A stretch of DNA of 55,738 bases, taken from assembly GCA_964524995.1 (NCBI GenBank), contig CAZGDV010000004.1:1-55738 (forward strand), read 5' to 3'. The notes under the pieces were generated by a model. That model was not told where the DNA came from. It made no database searches and was given only the letters and a program-made list of their open reading frames with translations. The stretch is from an uncultured Dehalococcoidia bacterium (GTDB taxonomy: Bacteria; Chloroflexota; Dehalococcoidia; SZUA-161). This document shows positions 35,512 to 45,283 of the stretch, one piece after another. The position numbers and the translations under genes were made by a program. Each line of letters opens with the position of its first letter. The first letter of the stretch is position 1.

Positions 35512-38500
35512 TCACCACCCCAGCGAAACGTGATAGGGCATGAACCCATAAACGTTGAACGATATCTCCCCGAAGACATGTCCCAACGGCTTGTCAGCGA
35601 CCGACATCTCGCTCTCGCCGACCTGCACGTGTGTATAAGCGAAGTACGGTACAGGGTGCTGATAGTACGGATACACGTAGGAGTACACCTCACCCAGCTC
35701 CAGTTCCATATCGCGGAACGCCTCTCCGGTATTGTCGGCGCGTTTCTCGACAAGCTCTCCATTGAGGATCACATAGAAGACACCATGATCCCTGCCTACG
35801 ACGTAATGATTCATCCGCGTCTCCGTGGGCAGCGGCCGGCTGCAGAACACGACTTGCTCGCTTGTCCCCTCTCGGTGTCCCAGTTCGAGGCGAGGATATC
35901 CGGCTTGAGGAGAGTCCGCCCCCACTCCATAGAGTAATCGCAGGAACCATCCCTCCGGGTTCTCGCGTGTCGCCGAAGTGAAGCCGAACATCTCCAGCGG
36001 CTCGCCAGGCCAACCAGTCGGCATGAGCCCGAAGCGCACACTGAAGTCATCGGGATTAGCTGTAGCAGCTGGCGGCGCTACTTCGACAACCCAGGAGCTG
36101 AGAGCACTCTCGCCCTCGACGCTCTGCCACCAGCCGTCGGCCACCTCCATCGCCACGGGACCGGCAGAAACCGGCAGTGAGTCCTCATCCCAGCCCTGAA
36201 ACGTTGGGTTCTCCAACAGATTGCCCGGTCGCGACAACGTCGTCATGAGAGTCGGGCTCTTGATCTGCACTGAGCAATCACGATCCAGCACCACGCTCAA
36301 AGTCAGGAAGTCGACGCCATCCTCGGGCACCGTAGCGGCAAGGCTCATGAGGTGCCAGTTGCCATCGCCAGGATGGAAATCGGACCAGGCCCCACCTTCG
36401 CGATCCCATTCCATGCTCAGACGTACCGCCTTACCTGCATCGGCCCTCAGCATAGCCGAGAGCGTCGCCGTGTGTCCTATCAACGAGTCCGGATTCGGCA
36501 CGTTACAGACCAAGTAGCTCTCGTCGTCGTGTGAGTACTCCGCCAATGCAATCGTCTCGCCGGACTGCTCGACTACCCGGCTCACCGCCATCTCAGATTC
36601 GCCACGCAGGTCGATGAGCCAGCCGTCAGCCCACATATCGCCAGCATCTGTGAAAGGGCCTCCCCCAGCCGACCAGCGTTTCAAATCGCTGTTGGGTAAC
36701 AGGTTCCCCGTGTTCGATGTGACCTCACGGAAGTCCAGCTCGGACACCCACGCCAGAGTGGTCCTGGTGAACGCCAGCCCAACTCGTACAGCCTTTGCAT
36801 CCTGGGGTATGGCGATGGTGACCTCCCGACACTCGAGTTCCTCGGCAGCTGTGAAGAAGTCTCCCATCACGTACCCGCCTACATCGCTCCATATGAACGG
36901 CGCAACCGCTTCACAAAGCGCGGCCCTGGCCGTGACATTCAGAGTCACCAAGCGTCCCGCCAGCTCGCTCGCCTGGTCGGAGAGGTCCTGATAGAACTCC
37001 CCATTGCCTCCCCTGCCAGCGAACTCGATACGGGGCATGCTCCTCATGGGGGCCTGCTCTATTATCGGACCCTCGCGGAGGACATGAGTCGCCTCAGAGA
37101 GGTTTTTCGTCACGGCCTGGCTGCTGAGGAAGAGGTCGGGAATAATATCCGCGCCCCACGCCAGCTTCTCGTGCGAGGGATACGTGGAAGCCGAAACGAA
37201 CAACCGTGCGCCCGCGTTCTCGGGCTCGGCTACGAACTCCCTGGCGGCGTAGTAGACGCCATTGGTGTCCGCGCGGGCGCTCGCGACCTCCTGAGCTCCG
37301 GTCATCGTCCGGCCCATACTGAGCACCACCAGACAGCCGATCGCCAGTACTATTGCCACCTTGCGGAAGCGGCCCAAGCCCGGGTCGTTCTTGCCCGCCA
37401 AGCCTGCGAGGTCGGGGCGAAAACGTTGGGCAAGCAGTATGGCGAGCAGAGACACCACCGTCAGCGTAGGAATATAGGCATACCTTGACTGCGAGATCGC
37501 GTACGAAGTCGGTCTTACCAGAAGGAGCAGGAAGCTAAACGCCAGGCCCCCGAGCGCAACCAGCAATACCAGTGACCTTCTGCCACTGGGCGGTACGCGG
37601 AGCTGGAGAAGAAGCGTGACGACAGCGATCACCGCCACCGTGTTCCCTATCACGAGCCCGATTGCGGTCCCCGATGTCGGCGACAGCGAAGGCCATGTGA
37701 TCGGCACGAAGTAGACCATGTCATCGACAACGATTTCCGACGAGTAGACGGTGTTGTGTAGCAAGGCAGAGGAACCGAAATGAATGATGGTGCCCCAGAT
37801 AGCGCGCAGTATGTTCCCCGAGCTAAGGAGCTCGCCGGGCATCGACCTGGGGTCGAGGATCGCGAAAACGCCGAACGCAAGGAGGAAAACAGCGTAGACG
37901 CCGATTGTCAGGATGGCTGACCTCCGGACTGCATCGCCCATGGTAGCCCGATTGTGCCGCCATAGGACAAGGGTACCGGCGAACAGAAGCAGCGGGAATA
38001 CGACCCCAGCTTCGGTGAAGAACATCTGTATGAAGATGAAGAGGTAGGACAGATACAGCAAGGCCGGTCTCGAACTGCGCTGCCATTCCAGCAGGAACAA
38101 GACGGCCAGCAGTATGCAGGAGACCTGCAGAAGCACGTAAGTATGCACTGTCCATGCTATCGCGTCCAGATGCGTCGCGGCCGTGAGGAAGAGGGCAGCG
38201 ATGAACAACGAGAACAGAGCGCTTGGCGCCAGGCGTCGCACGAGCAGGAAGAGCAAGGTGGCATTGAGCGCATGCACTCCGATTGTGGTCAGGTGGTACA
38301 TGAGGAAGTTCGTGCCGAAGACCTTCCACTGCAGATAGACAACCGGGAAGGCGAGCGGCTGAAACCGCTTGTCGGACCCGAAGAACTCGAAGAAGAGGGA
38401 TCTCTTCAGATCTGCCATGCTCATGCCACCCTCACGGAAATTCGACATGAACATTAGATGGTCAGCACGAGGCAGATCGCTGAGCAAGGCAGCGTACAGT

Positions 38501-38658
38501 ACGGCGGTGAGCCCAAAGAACCCCAGGTAGACCCACAAAGGTGGCCAACCTACAAGAGGCCTGGCCCGGAGCCACACAAGTGCTGAGCTGCATGCCGTGC
38601 GTGCAGCCGCGAGACGGTGCGGGCTTCTTCGCTTCTTCCTTGATTTCTTGCGGCTCAC
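35512..38658 (-). CDS. GT-C (TMTC/PMT-like) membrane glycosyltransferase fused to CBM4/9-like and ConA-like extracellular modules (1048 aa)
   Basis: RFQPL....Y..YH......H..N..LLF.L...LF.......AIAW, E.....P TMTC-like pattern over about 11 TM helices; C-terminal NLL.N..F motifs and a Y..LNGEL beta-rich segment. Confidence 0.72.
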   Translation of the reverse strand: MSRKKSRKKRRSPHRLAAARTACSSALVWLRARPLVGWPPLWVYLGFFGLTAVLYAALLSDLPRADHLMFMSNFREGGMSMADLKRSLFFEFFGSDKRFQPLAFPVVYLQWKVFGTNFLMYHLTTIGVHALNATLLFLLVRRLAPSALFSLFIAALFLTAATHLDAIAWTVHTYVLLQVSCILLAVLFLLEWQRSSRPALLYLSYLFIFIQMFFTEAGVVFPLLLFAGTLVLWRHNRATMGDAVRRSAILTIGVYAVFLLAFGVFAILDPRSMPGELLSSGNILRAIWGTIIHFGSSALLHNTVYSSEIVVDDMVYFVPITWPSLSPTSGTAIGLVIGNTVAVIAVVTLLLQLRVPPSGRRSLVLLVALGGLAFSFLLLLVRPTSYAISQSRYAYIPTLTVVSLLAILLAQRFRPDLAGLAGKNDPGLGRFRKVAIVLAIGCLVVLSMGRTMTGAQEVASARADTNGVYYAAREFVAEPENAGARLFVSASTYPSHEKLAWGADIIPDLFLSSQAVTKNLSEATHVLREGPIIEQAPMRSMPRIEFAGRGGNGEFYQDLSDQASELAGRLVTLNVTARAALCEAVAPFIWSDVGGYVMGDFFTAAEELECREVTIAIPQDAKAVRVGLAFTRTTLAWVSELDFREVTSNTGNLLPNSDLKRWSAGGGPFTDAGDMWADGWLIDLRGESEMAVSRVVEQSGETIALAEYSHDDESYLVCNVPNPDSLIGHTATLSAMLRADAGKAVRLSMEWDREGGAWSDFHPGDGNWHLMSLAATVPEDGVDFLTLSVVLDRDCSVQIKSPTLMTTLSRPGNLLENPTFQGWDEDSLPVSAGPVAMEVADGWWQSVEGESALSSWVVEVAPPAATANPDDFSVRFGLMPTGWPGEPLEMFGFTSATRENPEGWFLRLLYGVGADSPQAGYPRLELGHREGTSEQVVFCSRPLPTETRMNHYVVGRDHGVFYVILNGELVEKRADNTGEAFRDMELELGEVYSYVYPYYQHPVPYFAYTHVQVGESEMSVADKPLGHVFGEISFNVYGFMPYHVSLGW

Positions 38659-38664
38659 TGCAGA

Positions 38665-41600
38665 TCACCAACCATCTGGACTCGGCAAGTCGCTGGGCGG
38701 ATAGGTATTCTCCACGCTATAGAGCAAGTAGTCGACTTCGGCATGCATGTTCTCACCCTCGACGGCACTGAGGTCACCAAGGTAGATGCCCTTGGTCGAA
38801 ACCCCGTTCAGCAGGCCTATCGCCCTGGGGAAGCCATCAATGTATACGTGGAGAATATCGTCTCTCATTGTGAGACGATAGGTGTGGAACGCATCCGTCG
38901 TATCCATTCGATGGATGGACTTCTCCTGATTCTGGTCACGTATCGAGACTCGGTCCGGGTAGAACGTCAGTTTGGCCTCGCGCTCCCCATCCTGTACGGA
39001 GAGGCAGGAGCCCTGATGGCCGTGCGAAGCGGCCTGGACTACCTTGAGCCTGACCTCAACGGTCACCCCCCGAAGGTTGTCGAGGTCATCTTCCTGGCAC
39101 TCGAGCCATGCTGTGTCACTCCAGCTGCTCTTGAGAGTCAAGACGCCGCCGGACGTACGCCTGATGTCGAAGTTGCCGCGCACGATCCACCTATCGTCTT
39201 GCTGCCAGGGCGGTACGCTCATATCTGCGTATCCGGTCCACCCCGAAGGCAGTACTGAGTCAGCACCCGATTCCACGATTTCCGGACCCAGCAGCGAGCC
39301 ATCAGGGGCGTATGCACCGGTCGATGAGTAAGCCAGGTAATCAACCAAGGCATGGATGTTCTCACCCGCTTCCTGGCTCAGGTCACCCAGCAGCAAGCTT
39401 CTGCCGGCGATCCGGTTTCCCAACGTAGCTTTGGCAGCCAGTTCGGAATCCACGTATACACGCAGTACGTCCTCGATGACGGCCAGACGGTAGACGTGGA
39501 ACGCATCAGTGGTGTCCATATGGAACGTCGCCCTCTCGTCATTCTGGTCGCGGATCGAGATACGGTCGGGATAGAAGGTGATCTTGGCCTCATGTGTACC
39601 GTCCTGCACGTAGAAGCAAGCGCCCTGATAGCCATCGTACGATGCATCAACGATCCTGAGCGTCAGTTCCACGGTGGTGCCCACGGAGTTGTCCAACCGG
39701 TCGTCCCTGCACTCGATGTAGCCAATATCGCTGGCCGACGTCCTGACGACCAGCACCCCATCGGAAGCTTGATTCACTTCGAAGCTGCCGCCGGCAGACC
39801 AATGTTCGTCTACAGTCTCAGGGGAAACGTCCATCTCCATGACACAGTTCCACTCCGACGGTGGCTCCGTCCCAGCGTCGGATGGCTCAACCGCTCCTAC
39901 ACCATCTGGCTCCTGCACGGACGGCGAGGTTGATATACCCGGCACCGGCGTCCCATCGGGCGACAGCGCCCCGTCTACGGTGTAAGCTACATAGTCGACC
40001 GTCACGCGCATGTTCTCCCCATCAACCGGGCTGAGGTCTCCGAACACGATCCCCTTTGCGTCCGATCTATTGCTGAGCACAGCGCTTACAGCCAGCTCCC
40101 CATCCACGTACAGATGAGCGGTGTCCCCTCTGACGGCCATGCGATACAGATGGAAACCGCCGGTCGTGTCCATGGCGTACGTCTCTCTCAAGTCATCACC
40201 GTCGCTGATCGATACTCCGTCGGGATAGAGGACCATCTTCGCCTCGCGCAGACCGTCCCGGACGGCGACACAAGCTCGCTGACAGCTCTGGCCCAAGGTC
40301 TCCACTCTGATCCTCGCCTCGACTGTGGCTCCAATCGAGTTGTCGAAACGATCATCGGTGTGGCTGTAGTACGCAGTGTTGGCCCCGGAGGTCGCGATCG
40401 TCAGCATGCCCTCGGCGACACCGGCCTCACCAAGAATGCCCTCGGCCTGCCAAGGAGACACCTGCTCCGTATTCGGTAGAGCACGCATGTCGCTGATCTT
40501 GGTTACATGCGGCATCCCGTCAACTGCCCCAACCGCCCCAGTCGGAGGCTCCAAAGGAACCAGGTCGCTCGTGGGACTATCTGTGACAGACGCAGTGTAC
40601 GCCACACGTTTGACTTGGGCACAGACATTGACCTTGTCGTCGGGGCAAACATCACCCCACACGATTGCCCTGACGGAAGAGTAGTCCTTGAGAACGACAT
40701 CCGCTACGAGTTCATCATCAACGAAAGCCTTGAGCGCATTCCTGATCAGAGCGAGTCTGTAGGTGTGGAAGCCGCCGGTTGTGTCCATCTCATGGATGGT
40801 ACTGTCCTCAGTACCGTCCCGGATCACGATTCGGTCAGGCTCGACGATCAGGTTCCCGTCTCGGGTGCCATCCTGGATGGAGAACAGGAAGCTGCTCCGC
40901 TCCACATTCGGCCCGTCCAGCATCCTCAGCGTGATCTCCGCTGACGAGCCTATGCTGTTGTCCAGCCCGCCATCAAAGTGAACGAAGTAGCCCACGTTGT
41001 TGCCATTGGTCTGCAGTGTCACCACATCATCCGCACAATCCAGTACGTTGAACTCACCACCGAGCGTCCAGATGCCATTCGGGTCGGCGCGGCCCAGTAT
41101 GGCCGGGGCGCTTGAGCTGTGCCATTTCGACTCCGTCGACGCGCTGGCGGCCAGTGTGGCCGGTCGAGGAGCGGGTGGCTCAGCCGCGTCGGTGCTATAG
41201 ATTATGTAGTCGATTTCCGCATGTATGTTCTCACCGGGCTCCCTGCTCAAGTCTCCGAAGGCAATGTCCTTCAACGTTACTACCTTCTTCAATTGGACTG
41301 TCTCCAGCAGACTCCCGTCGACGTAGAGTGCGAGTTGCCCATTGACGATGCACAGGCGGTAGGTATGGAAGCCGTCGCCGGTAGACATCGAGTGTGTATA
41401 TACCTCGTCATTCTGGTCCCGTAGCGTGATACGATCGGGGTAGAACGTGAGTTTGCCCTCCCTGCTACCATCCTGCAGTGTGAAACAAGCACCCTGGTAG
41501 CCCGTCGTCGCAGCGCCGACAAGCTTCATCCTCACCTCTGCAGTCACGCCTCTGCGGTCATCGAACCTCGGCTCGGAAACCTTGTAGTGGCCTGGGTTGA

Positions 41601-44598
41601 GCCCGCTCGTCTTGATAGTGAGTGTGCCGCCATGTGCCTCCGAGAATTCGAAGGAGCCGACAGACTGCCAAGGCATGTTCGCCTCTTGATCCGGGGCAAC
41701 AGTCATGTCGCTGAAGACGACCCAGTCCGGTATGAGTGGACGTTGGCTGGCGGCGACTATCTGTTCAAGGCCCAGCGTTGCGAGTTCACTGTGGTCCAGC
41801 CCATCCTCGTAGACCGAAAACACCTCAGCGGCGGATAATGCTTGGTTGAACACGGCGAGACTGTCCACGCTCCCCAGGAATTGATCGTCCTCCCCCCAGA
41901 AGGATCTCCCAACCTGCGCAAAGTCGATGAATTGCCCGGAAAACTGCATCGTGTCGACCTGATATGACACATCGAGCACCCCATTAAGGTAGGCCGACAT
42001 GGTACCCGCTGCCTCGTCAAAGACGACCGTTACGTGTGTCCAGTCATCGGCCGGCACCTCACCGAGCGAAGAGCGGCGATTCTCTCCAGCCTGGACCATC
42101 AGCCTGCCGCAGCCACCGTCCTCGAACCCGATGGCGAACATATCACCCTCGCCCCCCGGAGATACAAACGGGCTGAGCTGCCCCTCATCGTCGATTATGA
42201 GTTTCCCTGCATGACCGTCGTCGTCAAGCGCGAGGATGGTGGCGTCCCGATCAGTCTCTTGTGGCCGCACCCAGAAGCTAACCGTGAGTTCGTCGCTGAG
42301 GTAGAGGCCAAAGACGTTATTTCGTCCCCTGGCAGTCGCTTGGCCTTCGCCGCCCTCGAACGCCACTGCGGAGTCTGTGCTTCCCTCAGACCTGAGAGAG
42401 TCGTCCAACTGGAGTGAGAGATGGCGGTTCCATCCGGACAGGTCCCTCGTCAGTGAGCCGGAGTCATCGCCCATCGTGTAGTAGGCCTCGAGCGAGGCCA
42501 TGAAGGAGGTAGGCTCGTCCAGGTGAACGAGAAGGTAGTCCGAGTTGATGTCTTCGGTGACGAAGTAGGTCGTCAGATGGTGCTGTAGCGGTCGTGCTTT
42601 ACGGCTCTTGTCGACCAGGGCGTAGTAGTGTATCTGGTCGGCTGACACCACCCCCTCAGCAATCAGCCCCTCCCGCAGTTCCCTCAGCCTCGCGAGCCGG
42701 TAGTTGAAGTTCTTGATCCCCACTGCGTACTCGATTTTCTCTCCGTCTCTCACATCCTCATAGTGGTACTCATGAAGGAAAGCGTCGTCAGGCAACCCGT
42801 CGACGATCAACTCCCAGTCTGACACAAAGAGAGCATACTGCGGCCTGATTAGAGAATGGGCAGTCTGCCAGTCTCCGTTCTCTATCGGGACCACTTTCGT
42901 TTCCTGCAGATACGAACCGAGCACGAATCCCCGCCGCCCCATGTACTCATCGTGCATAGGGAATGTCTCAGCCCCGTTCTGCCACTCATTATTCAGGTTG
43001 TAGAACACGATGTCGCCATAAGAAGTCATCTCCCCGACCTCGCTGGCGACTGCGAACCCCTCGGCAAGGGCATCTCGCGAGACGTGAACACCCCACGTCC
43101 TCTCGGGACTGATCTCATTGGGGTACTCGCCGAGATAGGAGGTTGTGTTAGCCAGGAAGGCGACTACAGGAATGATGACTATCAGACCCGTCACGCCGAA
43201 CTTGAACATGCTCTTCTCGAAGATACCGGCGCCAGTGGCGTCGTGCCGAGACTGCCCCGCAAGATGACGCCGGAAGGAACCGAAGGCGTTTGTCCAGAAG
43301 AGGGCAATTGCGAGGCCAAGAGCGAGCCCCACGAACGTAAGGGCATGCAGCGGATGGTATACCTCCAGAGCTTTGGGCATGACGAGGCGCCAGATGAGAA
43401 AGCTTGCCGCGAGCCACAAGAGCACATTGCTCGGGCTGAAGCCACGTTCGAACCTCAGCATGCCCCTGGGATTGTCGTAGTTCTCCAGGAACTTGACCAG
43501 TACCACCATTGCCAACAGTGCCCAGATGCCCAGTCCGAATGCCTCGGAGTAGTAGCGGTTCACGGTGCCGAATATCTCCGTGGGAAAGAATCCTGGTCTC
43601 ATGGCGGCGCCAGTCCCTAGCGTCCTGTTCCAGACTACGCTCCAGGTGTCGTGCCAGGCAGCGGAGAAGCCTCCCACCGACCACATCAACTGCAGGAAAT
43701 GGAGCCCGAAGGCGGACACGGGCGCGGCGATGAACAGCAGGATCCTCTTTAATGGAAATGGTTTCGCACGACTGAGCACGTAGTACCCGACGATGAATAC
43801 CTGCAGGAAGAGGCTGTACTCGAAGGAGTTGCACGCCTGTAGGAAGACGAGAAGCCATACCCCTGCCAAGGCCAGGCGTCTGAGACGTGGCCTCCGGAGC
43901 ACCCTCTCGTCACGATGCGCGGCGGCGAAGAGGGCCATCGCGGCTGATACGAGGAATATGTCATATGTCTGCGGGGACAGGCCGTCCATGTGCTCCATGA
44001 AGACCACGGACAAGCCTGCGACTGCCGCTCCAATAAGTGCGGCCGGCCTGCTGAAGAAGTAGCTGAAGAACCTGTAGAACAGAAGCAGTGCGCAAGCGCT
44101 CAGGAACACCGAGAAGGCTTCGCACGTATAGCGGCCCCCACCCAGCGCCAGTATGACCCCATTGACCATTCCATACAGTGGAGGCGAATGTGTGTAATAC
44201 TCATCGAGGAAGTAGGCAGAGCCAACCACCCCGGGGTGATAGTAGGTGAGGAACCCATGCTCTATGAAGCCCTCGTCAGCGAAATGGCGGGCCGCCGACA
44301 TGGTCTGGGCATCGCCCGGTGCCCAGCCACTCCATCTCAGCTCATACCCTGCCCGCACCAGGCCGAAGACCAGGATGAAAAGCGCGAAGCTCACCACCAG
44401 CACGTTGCAGACGCGCTTGCTGTTCGCTGCCACCAACGTAAGCCCTTTGAGTCCCACGTCTCCCCGCCATGGAACAGGCCACCCTCTGGCGACGGTTCGC
44501 TCAAAGAAGGATGCGGTGAGGCTGGCAAACACCACCGAAGGTAGTATCAGCCTCCGTACAAGACCCCTGCGAAGCTCTATGGGCATGGGTGAGAGCAT
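38665..44598 (-). CDS. Giant GT-C (ArnT/PMT-like) membrane protein fused to a LamG domain and five tandem ConA/lectin-like repeats (1977 aa)
   Basis: N-terminal GDAQT..AARHF...YYTHSPPL loop plus many TM helices; LamG pattern LTVSFWVRP...WTHVTVVFD...YLNG..F.GS.D...VFN.ALS..EV; five ~190-aa repeats. Confidence 0.78.
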   Translation of the reverse strand: MLSPMPIELRRGLVRRLILPSVVFASLTASFFERTVARGWPVPWRGDVGLKGLTLVAANSKRVCNVLVVSFALFILVFGLVRAGYELRWSGWAPGDAQTMSAARHFADEGFIEHGFLTYYHPGVVGSAYFLDEYYTHSPPLYGMVNGVILALGGGRYTCEAFSVFLSACALLLFYRFFSYFFSRPAALIGAAVAGLSVVFMEHMDGLSPQTYDIFLVSAAMALFAAAHRDERVLRRPRLRRLALAGVWLLVFLQACNSFEYSLFLQVFIVGYYVLSRAKPFPLKRILLFIAAPVSAFGLHFLQLMWSVGGFSAAWHDTWSVVWNRTLGTGAAMRPGFFPTEIFGTVNRYYSEAFGLGIWALLAMVVLVKFLENYDNPRGMLRFERGFSPSNVLLWLAASFLIWRLVMPKALEVYHPLHALTFVGLALGLAIALFWTNAFGSFRRHLAGQSRHDATGAGIFEKSMFKFGVTGLIVIIPVVAFLANTTSYLGEYPNEISPERTWGVHVSRDALAEGFAVASEVGEMTSYGDIVFYNLNNEWQNGAETFPMHDEYMGRRGFVLGSYLQETKVVPIENGDWQTAHSLIRPQYALFVSDWELIVDGLPDDAFLHEYHYEDVRDGEKIEYAVGIKNFNYRLARLRELREGLIAEGVVSADQIHYYALVDKSRKARPLQHHLTTYFVTEDINSDYLLVHLDEPTSFMASLEAYYTMGDDSGSLTRDLSGWNRHLSLQLDDSLRSEGSTDSAVAFEGGEGQATARGRNNVFGLYLSDELTVSFWVRPQETDRDATILALDDDGHAGKLIIDDEGQLSPFVSPGGEGDMFAIGFEDGGCGRLMVQAGENRRSSLGEVPADDWTHVTVVFDEAAGTMSAYLNGVLDVSYQVDTMQFSGQFIDFAQVGRSFWGEDDQFLGSVDSLAVFNQALSAAEVFSVYEDGLDHSELATLGLEQIVAASQRPLIPDWVVFSDMTVAPDQEANMPWQSVGSFEFSEAHGGTLTIKTSGLNPGHYKVSEPRFDDRRGVTAEVRMKLVGAATTGYQGACFTLQDGSREGKLTFYPDRITLRDQNDEVYTHSMSTGDGFHTYRLCIVNGQLALYVDGSLLETVQLKKVVTLKDIAFGDLSREPGENIHAEIDYIIYSTDAAEPPAPRPATLAASASTESKWHSSSAPAILGRADPNGIWTLGGEFNVLDCADDVVTLQTNGNNVGYFVHFDGGLDNSIGSSAEITLRMLDGPNVERSSFLFSIQDGTRDGNLIVEPDRIVIRDGTEDSTIHEMDTTGGFHTYRLALIRNALKAFVDDELVADVVLKDYSSVRAIVWGDVCPDDKVNVCAQVKRVAYTASVTDSPTSDLVPLEPPTGAVGAVDGMPHVTKISDMRALPNTEQVSPWQAEGILGEAGVAEGMLTIATSGANTAYYSHTDDRFDNSIGATVEARIRVETLGQSCQRACVAVRDGLREAKMVLYPDGVSISDGDDLRETYAMDTTGGFHLYRMAVRGDTAHLYVDGELAVSAVLSNRSDAKGIVFGDLSPVDGENMRVTVDYVAYTVDGALSPDGTPVPGISTSPSVQEPDGVGAVEPSDAGTEPPSEWNCVMEMDVSPETVDEHWSAGGSFEVNQASDGVLVVRTSASDIGYIECRDDRLDNSVGTTVELTLRIVDASYDGYQGACFYVQDGTHEAKITFYPDRISIRDQNDERATFHMDTTDAFHVYRLAVIEDVLRVYVDSELAAKATLGNRIAGRSLLLGDLSQEAGENIHALVDYLAYSSTGAYAPDGSLLGPEIVESGADSVLPSGWTGYADMSVPPWQQDDRWIVRGNFDIRRTSGGVLTLKSSWSDTAWLECQEDDLDNLRGVTVEVRLKVVQAASHGHQGSCLSVQDGEREAKLTFYPDRVSIRDQNQEKSIHRMDTTDAFHTYRLTMRDDILHVYIDGFPRAIGLLNGVSTKGIYLGDLSAVEGENMHAEVDYLLYSVENTYPPSDLPSPDGW
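38690..41727 (-). repeat. Five tandem ~190-aa repeats (approximate bounds)
   Basis: Shared consensus DM...P...W...G....T...G.T.E.R......QG.C..VQDG.RE.K..FYPDR..IRD....MDT...FH.YRL......YVD......GDLS...GEN....DY..YS; DNA similarity visible, e.g. 38926-38980 vs 39540-39591 vs 41409-41460. Confidence 0.9.
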
Positions 44599-44671
44599 AG
44601 TTACAGAAAGACCATTGAGCTCGGTTGAAGCCGAGTTCGTTTGACTGGATAGTGAGAGCCGCTTTGACTGC

Positions 44672-45283
44672 TCAAATACGTGCTGCCAGGAACTCGTCTA
44701 GTTCTGCGCTGACAACGACATCATACAGACGAAAGAAGTCGTCCATGGCATTCCGAAGCTCTGCCGCTATAACTCGTCCCGTCTCCGTATAGAATCTGTC
44801 GTAGAAGAAGCCGATGTAGTTTCTTGCTTTCCTCATCGCTCCTTGGACTTGCTTGCCGTCGTACACCATGCGATAGCCGAACACCCGGGCGAAGCCGAGC
44901 GGCCCGACCGACTGGAGCTTGTCGGCGTCCCAGAGTACCTCGGCCTCCCTGGTGAGCTTGGGCAAATCGTTGGCATGCTGAGATATCGCGTAGCAGACCT
45001 GCTCGATGAAGGCCTCAGGCGCCCGTATGCTCTCCAGGAAGGCTCCGGCCTCCCGAGCCCCGATCGCGGCATGCTCTGCGCCCACGCCTTTGGCTATGTC
45101 ATGGAGATACGCCGAGATGACGCTTATCTCTTCATCAGCACCTTCCCTTCTCGCCAGCCACCTCGATATCTCCACCGTCAGCTCTACGTGCTCCATAGTG
45201 TGATCGAAATCCTGGTCTTTGTGCCGCTCGCGAGCGTACTCGCGGATTCTCTGGACTTGCTCCAGGCTAAGAACGAACGGCAT
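44672..45283 (-). CDS. HD-domain phosphohydrolase
   Basis: H..EHV...AYLHDIAK...H...GA...DADKL motifs; ATG 45283 after GGAGG (the track extension to 45454 overlaps the upstream gene). Confidence 0.88.
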   Translation of the reverse strand: MPFVLSLEQVQRIREYARERHKDQDFDHTMEHVELTVEISRWLARREGADEEISVISAYLHDIAKGVGAEHAAIGAREAGAFLESIRAPEAFIEQVCYAISQHANDLPKLTREAEVLWDADKLQSVGPLGFARVFGYRMVYDGKQVQGAMRKARNYIGFFYDRFYTETGRVIAAELRNAMDDFFRLYDVVVSAELDEFLAARI

